A DNA stretch of 64,000 nt from Actinomycetes bacterium (GTDB lineage Bacteria; Actinomycetota; Acidimicrobiia; Acidimicrobiales; SZUA-35). The notes beneath the pieces were generated by a model. That model did not search any database. It was not told the origin of the DNA and was given only the letters and a program-made list of their open reading frames with translations. The stretch is taken from assembly GCA_024276425.1 (NCBI GenBank), contig JAJRXF010000188.1, positions 5,545 to 69,544 of the forward strand, given 5' to 3'. Position 1 is the first letter of the stretch; the number at the start of each line of letters is the position of its first letter. Position numbers and translations under genes: made by a program. Of the stretch, positions 9,053 through 17,859 are shown piece after piece.

Positions 9053-9846
9053 GTCTCCAGCCTTCCTTACGAGTCGCAGCCGTTCAACATTCCATTGTCT
9101 GGGAGGACCCGGCCGCAACTTTTCGACACGTCGAACCCATGATCCGACGGGCGGCGCACTCGGGGGCGAATCTTGTTGTCCTCAGCGAAATGTTCTCCAC
9201 CGGTTTCTCCATGGCCGCCGAACGTATCGCCGAACCCGTCGACGGTCCGAGTGTGAGCTTCCTTGTCGGTCAGGCAGACAAACACAGTGTTTGGACGTGC
9301 GGCTCAATCCCGACCCGCTCACCCGAGTTCAAACAGCCGGTGAATCAGTTAGTGGTCTGTGACGGTGGAGGAGTCATCGGTCGCTACAACAAGATCCATC
9401 CCTTCAGCTTCGCGGGCGAGCATGAGCACTATGACGCTGGAACCCACGTGCTTACCCTGGACCTTGGTCAGGTTGCCACCACCTTCTTCGTCTGTTACGA
9501 CCTGCGCTTCGCCAACGAGTTTTGGGAGACGGCGGCCCAAACCGACCTTTATGTGGTCGTCGCCAATTGGCCCGAGACCAGACGTCAACACTGGACAACA
9601 CTGCTCAACGCCAGAGCGATCGAGAACCAATCCTATGTACTCGGTGTGAACAGGGTCGGCGACGACGCCAATGGGCTCGCCTATGGCGGAGACTCAACCC
9701 TTATCGATCCGCTCGGGCAGGTGCTACTCAAAGCAACAGGTATCGAGACTGTGCTCCTTGGTGACGTCGAGTGCCAACGGGTGAGAGACATCCGAACCAG
9801 CTTCCCCTTCGCCCGAGATCGCCGAAATCATCGACTGTCTGACTGA
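9049..9846 (+). CDS. Carbon-nitrogen hydrolase family protein (omega-amidase YafV-like)
   Basis: 265 aa. The Glu-Lys-Cys triad context is visible: VLSEMF, YNKIHPF, VCYDLRF. ATGA overlap with the preceding aminotransferase. Confidence 0.8.
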   Translation: MSLQPSLRVAAVQHSIVWEDPAATFRHVEPMIRRAAHSGANLVVLSEMFSTGFSMAAERIAEPVDGPSVSFLVGQADKHSVWTCGSIPTRSPEFKQPVNQLVVCDGGGVIGRYNKIHPFSFAGEHEHYDAGTHVLTLDLGQVATTFFVCYDLRFANEFWETAAQTDLYVVVANWPETRRQHWTTLLNARAIENQSYVLGVNRVGDDANGLAYGGDSTLIDPLGQVLLKATGIETVLLGDVECQRVRDIRTSFPFARDRRNHRLSD

Positions 9847-9874
9847 AATCGACTATCTGACTGAAAGAGAACCA

Positions 9875-11551
9875 ATGACCCAGTTACCAACCCCAGCACA
9901 AGATCCCGACGCCTGGATCATGGACAACCCACCCAGCAAGAAGTGGCCGCTGTACACGAGAGGCAATGTGGGCGAGGTCTTCCCCGAGGTCGTGCTTCCG
10001 CTGAGTTGGGACGCCTATGGGCAGGAGGCCGAAGACGGCTGGCGAGACGGCTACCGAGACCTCGGACTCCTGGTTGAAGGAGATTTCGACGACGACGAGC
10101 CCATGATCATTCTCGGAGTGTTCGGCGGCTACGCCTACATCAACGCCAGCTATGTCCGAATGCTTGGACTTCGGGCACCCGGTGGATCGATCGATGTCAT
10201 CGATATGCAATTCTTTGGGGAATCCGATGCCCCTTCCTATGTAAGCCGCAAGGGCGACAAGAATCTGAAATCGTCCGCCCTACTGGGCAAGACGGTGTTC
10301 AAGTTGCTTGGCACCAAGAACCTCCCGGAATTGGAAGATGACAAGGCCGCTGTCCAAGCCTTCATCAAGAGCTATCCGGGCCAAAACGCAACCGATGACC
10401 AACTCCTTGGTCACCTCCTCGACCTCAAGCCCCTCTTCCGACGGCTCTTCGCTCGCCATATTGGGAATACGATGGGAGCGGCCCTGATGTCGGGCGCTCT
10501 CAATGACCTACTGGTCAAGGTTGACATGGCCGACCAGTTGGTGAGCCTTCTTGGCGGTATCGGCGATGTGGAATCCGCGGCACCATCGTCGGCCATGTGG
10601 AAACTCGCCCACAGCGAACACGACCCCGAGTCCGAAGAGTGGCAGGCGGACTTCGGTGCCTTCCTTGACGAGTTCGGAAGTCGCGGGCCCAACGAATGGG
10701 ACCTTGGGTCCGACCCTTGGGAATTCCGTCCCGAACTGGCACTGGCAGCGATCGACCGGATGCGCGGTGCCGATGCCAGTCACGCCCCGCACACACAGGC
10801 CATGCGCCTCGCGTCGGAACGAACCACCGCTGTGTCCAAAGCACGCCACAAGTTGAACTTTCTGGACAAGCGCATGTTTGACAAGGCACTACGTGCGACC
10901 AGCGTGTATTCCCAGGGTCGGGAGCGATCCAAAACAACGATCGTGGCAGCCATCCAATCTGGGCGCCGAGCCGCTCGTGAACTTGGCCGTCGAGCAGCCG
11001 AACGGGGAGGACCAAGCGACATCATCGCTTGTTGCCTCCTCACCCTGGACGAGCTATCCGACTTCATGAAAGCTCCGGCCCAATGGGAGCAGACTCTGAC
11101 CCAACGTCGGGAACTTCACGAAAGGCTCTCTGGCCTCATTCCCCCTTTCATCTTTGAGGGTGAGATACCCCCCATCGACACCTGGGAGTCCCGATCCTCA
11201 ACCGCCGACTCAGTCATTGTTGGTCAGAAGCTCCAGGGAATTGCTGGCTGTCCCGGTTTCGCCCAAGGACGAGCAGTTGTGGTGACTGACCCTGCCGATC
11301 CGCGTGATCTTGGGCCGGGTGACGTTCTCGTTGCCCCCATTACCGACCCATCCTGGACTCCCCTGTTCCTAGCGGCGGAGGCCGTCGTCGTCGACGTCGG
11401 GGCGACCATGAGCCATGCCGTCATCGTCAGCCGTGAGCTTGGGATCCCGTGTGTCGTCTCCACCGTTGGCGCAACCAGGACCATCCCCGACGGAGCCAAG
11501 ATTACCGTCGATGGCAATACCGGCGAGGTCACCGTAATCGAGCTTCCCTGA
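9875..11551 (+). CDS. PEP-utilizing enzyme mobile (swivel His) domain protein lacking an ATP-grasp module
   Basis: 558 aa. The C-terminal about 100 aa (GIAGCPGFAQGRAVVV...GDVLVAPITDPSWTPLF...GATMSHAVIVSRELGIPCV) is the phosphohistidine swivel domain. The N-terminal about 430 aa resembles the middle domain of PEP-synthase-like/rifampicin-phosphotransferase-family proteins. No ATP-grasp part is present. Confidence 0.7.
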   Translation: MTQLPTPAQDPDAWIMDNPPSKKWPLYTRGNVGEVFPEVVLPLSWDAYGQEAEDGWRDGYRDLGLLVEGDFDDDEPMIILGVFGGYAYINASYVRMLGLRAPGGSIDVIDMQFFGESDAPSYVSRKGDKNLKSSALLGKTVFKLLGTKNLPELEDDKAAVQAFIKSYPGQNATDDQLLGHLLDLKPLFRRLFARHIGNTMGAALMSGALNDLLVKVDMADQLVSLLGGIGDVESAAPSSAMWKLAHSEHDPESEEWQADFGAFLDEFGSRGPNEWDLGSDPWEFRPELALAAIDRMRGADASHAPHTQAMRLASERTTAVSKARHKLNFLDKRMFDKALRATSVYSQGRERSKTTIVAAIQSGRRAARELGRRAAERGGPSDIIACCLLTLDELSDFMKAPAQWEQTLTQRRELHERLSGLIPPFIFEGEIPPIDTWESRSSTADSVIVGQKLQGIAGCPGFAQGRAVVVTDPADPRDLGPGDVLVAPITDPSWTPLFLAAEAVVVDVGATMSHAVIVSRELGIPCVVSTVGATRTIPDGAKITVDGNTGEVTVIELP

Positions 11552-11589
11552 GCACTTCAACACCAGCCCCTCCTAGCGGGGCTGTAGCC

Positions 11590-12486
11590 ATGAAGCCGAG
11601 CCTTGTTCTGGCGACCGTCGTGCTGGTTGCCGTCCTAATCGGAGGCAACTTCACCGCGCTGAAGTTCGCCCTCGACCATACAACTCCGCTTGTCCTTACT
11701 GGATTGCGGACCGTGGTCGGGGGAGTTTTCCTGGTCTCCTTTGCCCTACTTCGCGGGGAGCGGGTACCTAGACGGCTTGACGACCTCGGGCGAATTCTGG
11801 TTGTGTCCCTCAGCATCTCCACCCTGTCCAGCGCGCTCCTGGTTTTTGGTGTTAGCCGAGTGTCGGCCGGGCTGGCTTCATTGCTGGCCTCCACCATGCC
11901 GCTATTCACGGCCATCCTTTCTTTTTTCATCCTTGGGTCGGTCTTGTCTCGGGGGGCGGTCAGCGGGTTAGCGATTGGATTTGCCGGAACCACCGTGCTT
12001 GCTGCTCCGCTTCTCGGGGGTGGATCGGCCACCATAGGAGTTCTCTCCATGGGCTTTTCGGTTCTTGCTTGGGCGTTCGGAACGGTTTTTATGAAATGGA
12101 AAGATTTCAGCCGGGTGAGTCCCGTGATGCTGGTCGGTATCCAGCTTCTGATGTCCGCATCGGTGCTTATGCCGACTGCTCTGTTCGTTGAGGGCCTCGA
12201 GTTCACCGATTGGAGCGTCGGTCTCTTCGTCCCCTTGGCCTATGCCTCCGTCCCAGGCTTGGCCGTCACCTTCGCCCTGTTAGCCACCGTTGTGAAACAA
12301 GCAACTCCGACACAGGCAGCATCGACCGCATATCTCATCCCTGTCTTTGGTGTACTCTTCGGATTTCTGCTTCGAGGCGAACTCCTTGGCTGGACGCAGT
12401 TGGTTGGTGGAGCCCTAGTCGTTGTCGGCGTGTACGTACTCGTCAGTACGGCTGCCAGGTCTGCTGGCTACAACAATCCTCGATAG
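11590..12486 (+). CDS. EamA/DMT-family transporter
   Basis: The track ORF 11449..12486 overlaps the upstream gene. The ATG at 11590 (MKPSLVLATVVLVAVLIGGNFTALKFAL...) gives about 298 aa with about 10 hydrophobic segments and the duplicated EamA architecture. Confidence 0.8.
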   Translation: MKPSLVLATVVLVAVLIGGNFTALKFALDHTTPLVLTGLRTVVGGVFLVSFALLRGERVPRRLDDLGRILVVSLSISTLSSALLVFGVSRVSAGLASLLASTMPLFTAILSFFILGSVLSRGAVSGLAIGFAGTTVLAAPLLGGGSATIGVLSMGFSVLAWAFGTVFMKWKDFSRVSPVMLVGIQLLMSASVLMPTALFVEGLEFTDWSVGLFVPLAYASVPGLAVTFALLATVVKQATPTQAASTAYLIPVFGVLFGFLLRGELLGWTQLVGGALVVVGVYVLVSTAARSAGYNNPR

Positions 12487-13076
12487 ACCAATACTTCACG
12501 AACCTGATCTATTCCTCGGGTCAGAGCGGCGTCCATTCCCAACTCACGAGCCGCATCGACATTCGGTTGGTTGTCATCAACGAATAGGACCTGCTCTGGT
12601 GGGTGGCCAAGTTCAGAAATGACGTGCTCAAAGATCTTCGCATCGGGCTTGACCATGCCCAGGGTGTAGGAGGTGAACTCGCGGTCAAACATGGTGGCAA
12701 TGATCTCGTGATCGGTCTGACCTTCCCAGTGCAAGGCGTTGGTATTGCTCAGAACCGAGACCTCGACTCCGCTCTCGATGAGAGATGCCACCAGCTCCCG
12801 GGATCCGGGGAAGAGGCCCTTCGGCCATTGAGCAAACCGGCGAACTAGTTCGTCACCGGGCATGGCCAAGCCGAGCTCGGCCACGAAACCATCGCCAAAT
12901 TCTTCGGGCGAGCAGCGACCCCGCTCGAAGGCACGCACAGACGGGCTCCGTAGCCATCCGGCCCAGAAATCCTGAACCGAAATTTCTTCCTCACCGATGA
13001 TCTCAGCTATCGGGCCGAGCTCGACCAACACTCCACCCATGTCGAAGACCACGGACTTGATTGCTGATTCGCTCAT
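12468..13076 (-). CDS. HAD-superfamily hydrolase (subfamily IA)
   Basis: 202 aa. Motif I VVFDMGGVL, motif III/IV ...FVDDNQPNVDAARELGMDA. Confidence 0.8.
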   Translation of the reverse strand: MSESAIKSVVFDMGGVLVELGPIAEIIGEEEISVQDFWAGWLRSPSVRAFERGRCSPEEFGDGFVAELGLAMPGDELVRRFAQWPKGLFPGSRELVASLIESGVEVSVLSNTNALHWEGQTDHEIIATMFDREFTSYTLGMVKPDAKIFEHVISELGHPPEQVLFVDDNQPNVDAARELGMDAALTRGIDQVREVLVYRGLL

Positions 13077-13106
13077 GAGAAGGCCTCCCTGTTCTGCGCC
13101 GACACA

Positions 13107-13493
13107 CTAGCGGTGCTGGTGCTCGCTGCCTGGGTTCTGGGGAGGCATTGGTGGTGAGACCCATCCTGAGGGCCTTTCTGCCTCTGGAGTGACGGAAATG
13201 TCTGGCTGGGCTCGGAACGCATCGGCCACCAGTTCTATAGCGGCTACGACACGAGTTGCCGGGTCTCGCTCATCCCCGCCCAAACGTTGTTGACGACGGA
13301 ATGTCGCCAGGGTGTCGCTCCAACGATCACGCTGGAGCTGGCTCATTGTTCCCCTCAACTGGGCTAACCGAAGGAGGTTCCATTCGGCCGCTCCAGTCAA
13401 GGCCTGAGATTCGGCGTTGTAGTGCTCATCAATAATCCGATCAACTTCCTCCGCGGTCATGATGGGCAACAACTTCGAGGCCATTCTGGCCAT
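13107..13493 (-). CDS. Hypothetical protein
   Basis: 128-aa ORF with no recognisable motif. Its reading frame stays open about 150 nt upstream of the ATG without any ATG/GTG/TTG. Confidence 0.4.
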   Translation of the reverse strand: MARMASKLLPIMTAEEVDRIIDEHYNAESQALTGAAEWNLLRLAQLRGTMSQLQRDRWSDTLATFRRQQRLGGDERDPATRVVAAIELVADAFRAQPDISVTPEAERPSGWVSPPMPPQNPGSEHQHR

Positions 13494-13588
13494 ATTGCGA
13501 TAGGAACCCTGAAGTAGGAAGGGGGGTTCGGTCCGATACTGATCATCGGTGGCGGCCGACGCAATGTATTGCCGGTTGACGCTCAGAA

Positions 13589-13849
13589 CTACCTCTTGGA
13601 CCTGTCTAAGGTGACCGAGGGTCCCGAGCCAGCGCCATCTGCACCGCCAGACCCGTCTCCTACATCAAGACCGTCTGCGCTGAGGTCTAGTCCATCGCCC
13701 CCGAAATCGAAGTCGATGTCACCGCCGCCGCTTTCGAAACCCAAAAGCATGGAGAGAATCCAGTTTCCCCCAGCGACGAGCAAGACCGTGGTGAAGATTA
13801 CCGTTGGAAATCCGAACGCTATGTCGAGCACACGCATGCTGGTCTTCAT
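13589..13849 (-). CDS. Hypothetical small membrane protein with an acidic Gly/Asp-rich tail
   Basis: 86 aa. One clear hydrophobic span (FGFPTVIFTTVLLVAGGNWILSMLLGF) is followed by GGGDIDFDFGGDGLDLSADGLDVGDGSGGADGAGSG. GGAGGG lies just upstream of the ATG. Confidence 0.4.
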   Translation of the reverse strand: MKTSMRVLDIAFGFPTVIFTTVLLVAGGNWILSMLLGFESGGGDIDFDFGGDGLDLSADGLDVGDGSGGADGAGSGPSVTLDRSKR

Positions 13850-14438
13850 CCCTCCAAGTAGTCACTATAGGTTGCAACTCATAACGGCGCCGTAACCAAC
13901 TCAGTTCCCCGTTGTGTCTCACTCTTGGCGTCCGCATTTCAGCCTCCGCGTTTGTCCATGAGCTTCTGGGCCCACCAATGTTGGGTACAGGATCCCAATC
14001 GATCAAGCCATTGCCGAACCTGTCGAGAACAGTAATTGCGGAAACCTCCGCGAAGACGAGACTGTGATTCTGGGGCCATTATCTGGTCGCCTTAGCCCCC
14101 GATGAGTTAGTGGCGAAACCGACGTTGGCCGACCCTTAGTCAAGGATTCCGATGAGCGGTACCCATCTCAGCCACTCATTAAGTTCAGCTCACGGGGGCC
14201 TAGTTGTGTCCCCACGTGTGGAGACTCACACGGCTCTGCCGTATGACCTCCCGCTGAGTTGGCCACTGTTCTGGCCCCGGTTGGCGGGTGGGGAGTTTCG
14301 CCCACTTCCCACGCAGGTGTCGCTCCACCAGGTCTTAGCTCCCGCTTGGACCTCTGTGCCGATACCTTGCACCGCCTCCGGAGCCAGAGGTGGCCCCCAT
14401 TGGCCTGCTGATCGAGCCGTCTGAGGGGTCACAGCTCA

Positions 14439-16976
14439 GTGACCACAATACAGCGGCCCGCTCCCCGGGAAAGGCATGAAGAGAAGCATCTCTGGATCCT
14501 GATCCTGTCGCTAGCGGCGGCATCAGTCGGGCTCTTTGAGATTTATCTGATGAACTGGCCCTATCTGCCGGTCGAAGGCTCATTGGGTTTCGTGGCGCTA
14601 CTGGCCGGGTTCGTCCTCTCAGAGAGCCTTGCTATTTCTCTCCCGGTTCGAACAAGACATGGCATCTTGTCTTTTTCCGAACTTCCATTGGTTCTCGGAC
14701 TCTTCCTAGCCCGCCCCGCCACTGTCTGGTTGGCCAGCCTGCTGGCTCTGCTCCTTACCTTCATTGCCTTGCGCCCAACAAGTTTGATCGATGGATCATT
14801 CGCCGTTGCTAACCGAACCCTGCGGGTAGCAACCACCGCATTGCTATTCCGCCTGCTTTTTGACCAATCGGACCTTCTTTCACCCCAGAACTGGTCGCTG
14901 GCCTTGAGTGCGGTGGCCATTAGCGGGGCCATTGAGTTAGCAGCGGTTCTTTGGGCCGACGAACTGAGTCAGGGGCGCCACGACCCCGGCGCTGCTCGGT
15001 CGATCTTCGCTCTGGGTCTGTTCGTTGCCTTGGCCAACACCAGCCAAGCAATCGTGGCCGCCCACCTCATCGTGGCTCAGCCGCTCGGCCTGATCCTTTT
15101 TGGGGTCACCATGCTGGTTCTTTATGGCGCCTACCACTCCTATGTTTCTGAATACTCCCACCGGCTGCGAGTCGAGTTTCTTTTCGAGATGACGAACGCG
15201 CTACGTGGAGCGTCGAGCAATTCCGCCATTGCCAAGCTTCTCCTCGTCGACTCGGCGGCCATGTTGAAGATGGATAGCGCCGAACTTGTGATCTTTCCTC
15301 GTCCCGAGAACCCAGACAGCCCGACGTGCTTCAAGTTGGACAGCGGCATCCTCACCGAGAATTCTCTTACCAATTCGGCAAATGTTGAGGCGAGTGATCT
15401 CATCGCCGTTCTATCGACGCCTACCATCATTCATCCTCATCGCCAGTTCGGGCTGGCAGCCAACTACCTTCGAGGGCGCGGCTACCACACCGCCTTGATC
15501 GGAACCCTACGTTCCGAGAACCGACCCGTTGGCCTATTCATCGTTGGGAACCGGACCAATCGGAAACTCACCCTGGACCATGACGACCTCGGTCTCTTTG
15601 CCAGCCTTGTTCACCAATCGGCCATAGCCCTTGAGAACGACCAGTTGGAGCAGGCTATAAGTCGGCTTCGAGTTCTCGAGTCCGAACTTGCCCACCAGGC
15701 CAACCACGACAGCTTGACCGGGCTCGCCAACCGGACACTTCTCAGCATCAAACTGACCCAAACAATCGCCGAGAGCCTCCCCACCACGTTGCTTTACGTC
15801 GACCTCGACGACTTCAAAGTTATCAATGACACACTCGGTCATGGAGTGGGTGACCAACTGCTCACAGCAGTCGCTCACCGTATTCTCGACTGTGTCCGAG
15901 CCGACGATGTAGTCGCAAGGCTAGGCGGTGACGAGTTTGCGGCCCTTATTTGCAGTGAGGGAGACGCCCACCAGATGGCCAAGCGAATCCTGGCCGCTCT
16001 GAGTCGCGCCTTCACCATCGACGGCCACGAGATACTGATCGGCGCCAGTGTTGGCCTGGCTAGCTCAAGCGATGTCAGCGACGCCTCCGATTACCTTGCA
16101 AAAGCCGATGTTGCCATGTACGCCGCGAAACAACAAGGGAAGGGGGCGGTGGCAACATTCCGTATGGAAATGCAACGACAGGTCGTCGTCCAACAGCGTT
16201 TGCGAGCAAATCTCCGCCAAGCAATCGATGCGGGCAAGTTCCATATTCTGTACCAGCCTGTGGTTGAACTCTCGACCCGCAAGATCGTCGGGGCCGAAGC
16301 GCTCGTCCGCTGGGAGACCGATGATGGAGACATCCTCCCTGGTGGATTCATCGAAGAAGCAGAGCGGGCTGGCCTGATTCTCGCCATCGACCGCTTCGTA
16401 CTCGACCGAGTACTGCAAGACCTTCAGACCCTGGAGAGGCAGGGGTCGCAGGTATTCCTTTCGGCCAACTTGTCATCCCGACACTTCCAGGAGCCCGACC
16501 TAGTCCAGCAACTGAAACATTCCATCGAGAACGCCCAGGTTCGGCCTGAGCGCCTGATGCTTGAGATTACCGAGGCTGCCCTCGTCCTAGACCCGGAAGT
16601 AGCCGTTCGGACGCTCAACAGGATCCGCCACCTCGGCATCCGATTGGCCCTCGATGACTTTGGGACCGGATACTCCTCTCTCAATCACCTTCGGGCTCTC
16701 CCCGTCGACATCTTGAAGATCGCCCGCCCATTTGTTCGCGATCTGAACCAGTTAGAAGGCGAAACCTTCCTTCGGACGATGATCGAACTTGGGGACAACC
16801 TGGGACTCCAGGTTCTTTGCCAAGGAATCGAAACAGAAGGTCAGTTCCTGGCGGTGGAACGCTTGGGTTGTGCACTTGGCCAAGGATTTCTTGTTTCTAG
16901 GCCAATCCCCCTGACCCAACTAGTTGATCAAGTCACTCTTCAACCACATCGAGTCCCAAAGCTCGACCTTGGTTAG
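14439..16976 (+). CDS. Membrane-anchored GGDEF-EAL protein (diguanylate cyclase/phosphodiesterase)
   Basis: 845 aa. Multi-pass hydrophobic N-terminus and a central sensor-like region. GGDEF domain with RADDVVARLGGDEF (RxxD I-site plus intact GGDEF). EAL domain with EALVRWE, LEITE and DDFGTGYSSL. Confidence 0.9.
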   Translation: MTTIQRPAPRERHEEKHLWILILSLAAASVGLFEIYLMNWPYLPVEGSLGFVALLAGFVLSESLAISLPVRTRHGILSFSELPLVLGLFLARPATVWLASLLALLLTFIALRPTSLIDGSFAVANRTLRVATTALLFRLLFDQSDLLSPQNWSLALSAVAISGAIELAAVLWADELSQGRHDPGAARSIFALGLFVALANTSQAIVAAHLIVAQPLGLILFGVTMLVLYGAYHSYVSEYSHRLRVEFLFEMTNALRGASSNSAIAKLLLVDSAAMLKMDSAELVIFPRPENPDSPTCFKLDSGILTENSLTNSANVEASDLIAVLSTPTIIHPHRQFGLAANYLRGRGYHTALIGTLRSENRPVGLFIVGNRTNRKLTLDHDDLGLFASLVHQSAIALENDQLEQAISRLRVLESELAHQANHDSLTGLANRTLLSIKLTQTIAESLPTTLLYVDLDDFKVINDTLGHGVGDQLLTAVAHRILDCVRADDVVARLGGDEFAALICSEGDAHQMAKRILAALSRAFTIDGHEILIGASVGLASSSDVSDASDYLAKADVAMYAAKQQGKGAVATFRMEMQRQVVVQQRLRANLRQAIDAGKFHILYQPVVELSTRKIVGAEALVRWETDDGDILPGGFIEEAERAGLILAIDRFVLDRVLQDLQTLERQGSQVFLSANLSSRHFQEPDLVQQLKHSIENAQVRPERLMLEITEAALVLDPEVAVRTLNRIRHLGIRLALDDFGTGYSSLNHLRALPVDILKIARPFVRDLNQLEGETFLRTMIELGDNLGLQVLCQGIETEGQFLAVERLGCALGQGFLVSRPIPLTQLVDQVTLQPHRVPKLDLG

Positions 16977-17812
16977 CCATAGGACACACCCAAGCCAGCC
17001 CGAGCATCCTGTTGCACACCATAAGGAGGAATTGGGTACCGCAAACCGTTTCCCGACAAGGCCTTCATCCCGGCGATGGCCTTTGGAATAAATCTCGGGG
17101 GCATCGCCATCAAGAGCTCATCGTCTTGCACACCCCCATAGCGACGCTCTGCGAAGCAAGGAATAGAGACGCTCGGCTCGTCGAGGGCCAAAGCCCTACC
17201 CCACGAATCCGCACACGATGACTCACCAACGCAACCCCAGGCAAAATTCTTGTAGCCCGACCATTGAAGCCCGTTTATCAGCAAGATCATCTGGGCCGGG
17301 TTGGCGTAGATGAGACAAATATCTGGAGGGGTTAACCGGCCCGAAACTAGCGGTGAGACAGCCATGGCCACAAAGCGACCTTCCGGTACCGTATGCATCG
17401 ACGCCTGGTGGATGGACGAATCCTCCGCCGTCTTGAACCAGACCCCCGCCATGTGTTCCCCCGATAGCCATTGTTGATCTCGAGGCCGGAGGCCAAGCAC
17501 CGCCCCACACTGGTCTCCAACCAGGTCTTCGTTCGTGATCCCTACGGTGAAGTTCAGCCTGCTCGCCATAGCGACAATCTGGTCCGCTGTGTGAATAGCT
17601 TTTGGTCGACGAATCCGAGGGATGGCTTCCATCTCCTCCACCGTGGTGAACATCGACATACCAATCGGGGTGGTTCGAATCCGAAGCAAGCTATTCAGAT
17701 CACCAACCAGTTCGGGCCAGGCAAATTCTGTTTCAACCCCCCTTGAGACCATCGTTTCAGCCGAGGAATCGCTGCCACCACCATTGGAAAGGTTTACCCG
17801 CTGCTCGTTCAT
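16973..17812 (-). CDS. DUF169-like protein (tentative)
   Basis: 279 aa. The assignment rests on overall resemblance only (size, Cys-containing central region, PDICLIYANPAQ-type segment). The stop overlaps the stop of the convergent GGDEF-EAL gene. Confidence 0.45.
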   Translation of the reverse strand: MNEQRVNLSNGGGSDSSAETMVSRGVETEFAWPELVGDLNSLLRIRTTPIGMSMFTTVEEMEAIPRIRRPKAIHTADQIVAMASRLNFTVGITNEDLVGDQCGAVLGLRPRDQQWLSGEHMAGVWFKTAEDSSIHQASMHTVPEGRFVAMAVSPLVSGRLTPPDICLIYANPAQMILLINGLQWSGYKNFAWGCVGESSCADSWGRALALDEPSVSIPCFAERRYGGVQDDELLMAMPPRFIPKAIAGMKALSGNGLRYPIPPYGVQQDARAGLGVSYG

Positions 17813-17859
17813 GGCCCGAAGTTACTCAAGTCATCCGAAAAATGCCCGATTAACTAGGT

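Noticed and set aside
13590-13650. Programmed -1 ribosomal frameshift joining the 86-aa and 128-aa ORFs
   Set aside because: No X-XXY-YYZ slippery heptamer or obvious downstream pseudoknot lies in the overlap. An indel, a pseudogene or two separate genes are simpler explanations.
14230-14330. Possible cobalamin riboswitch core on the minus strand (GGGAAG...CCCGCCAAC...CAGTGGCC)
   Set aside because: The match is only partial: the B12-box-like element is imperfect and displaced. The candidate lies about 400 nt from the nearest minus-strand start codon, and the downstream genes have no link to cobalamin. I keep it only as part of the long-intergenic finding pending a covariance-model search.
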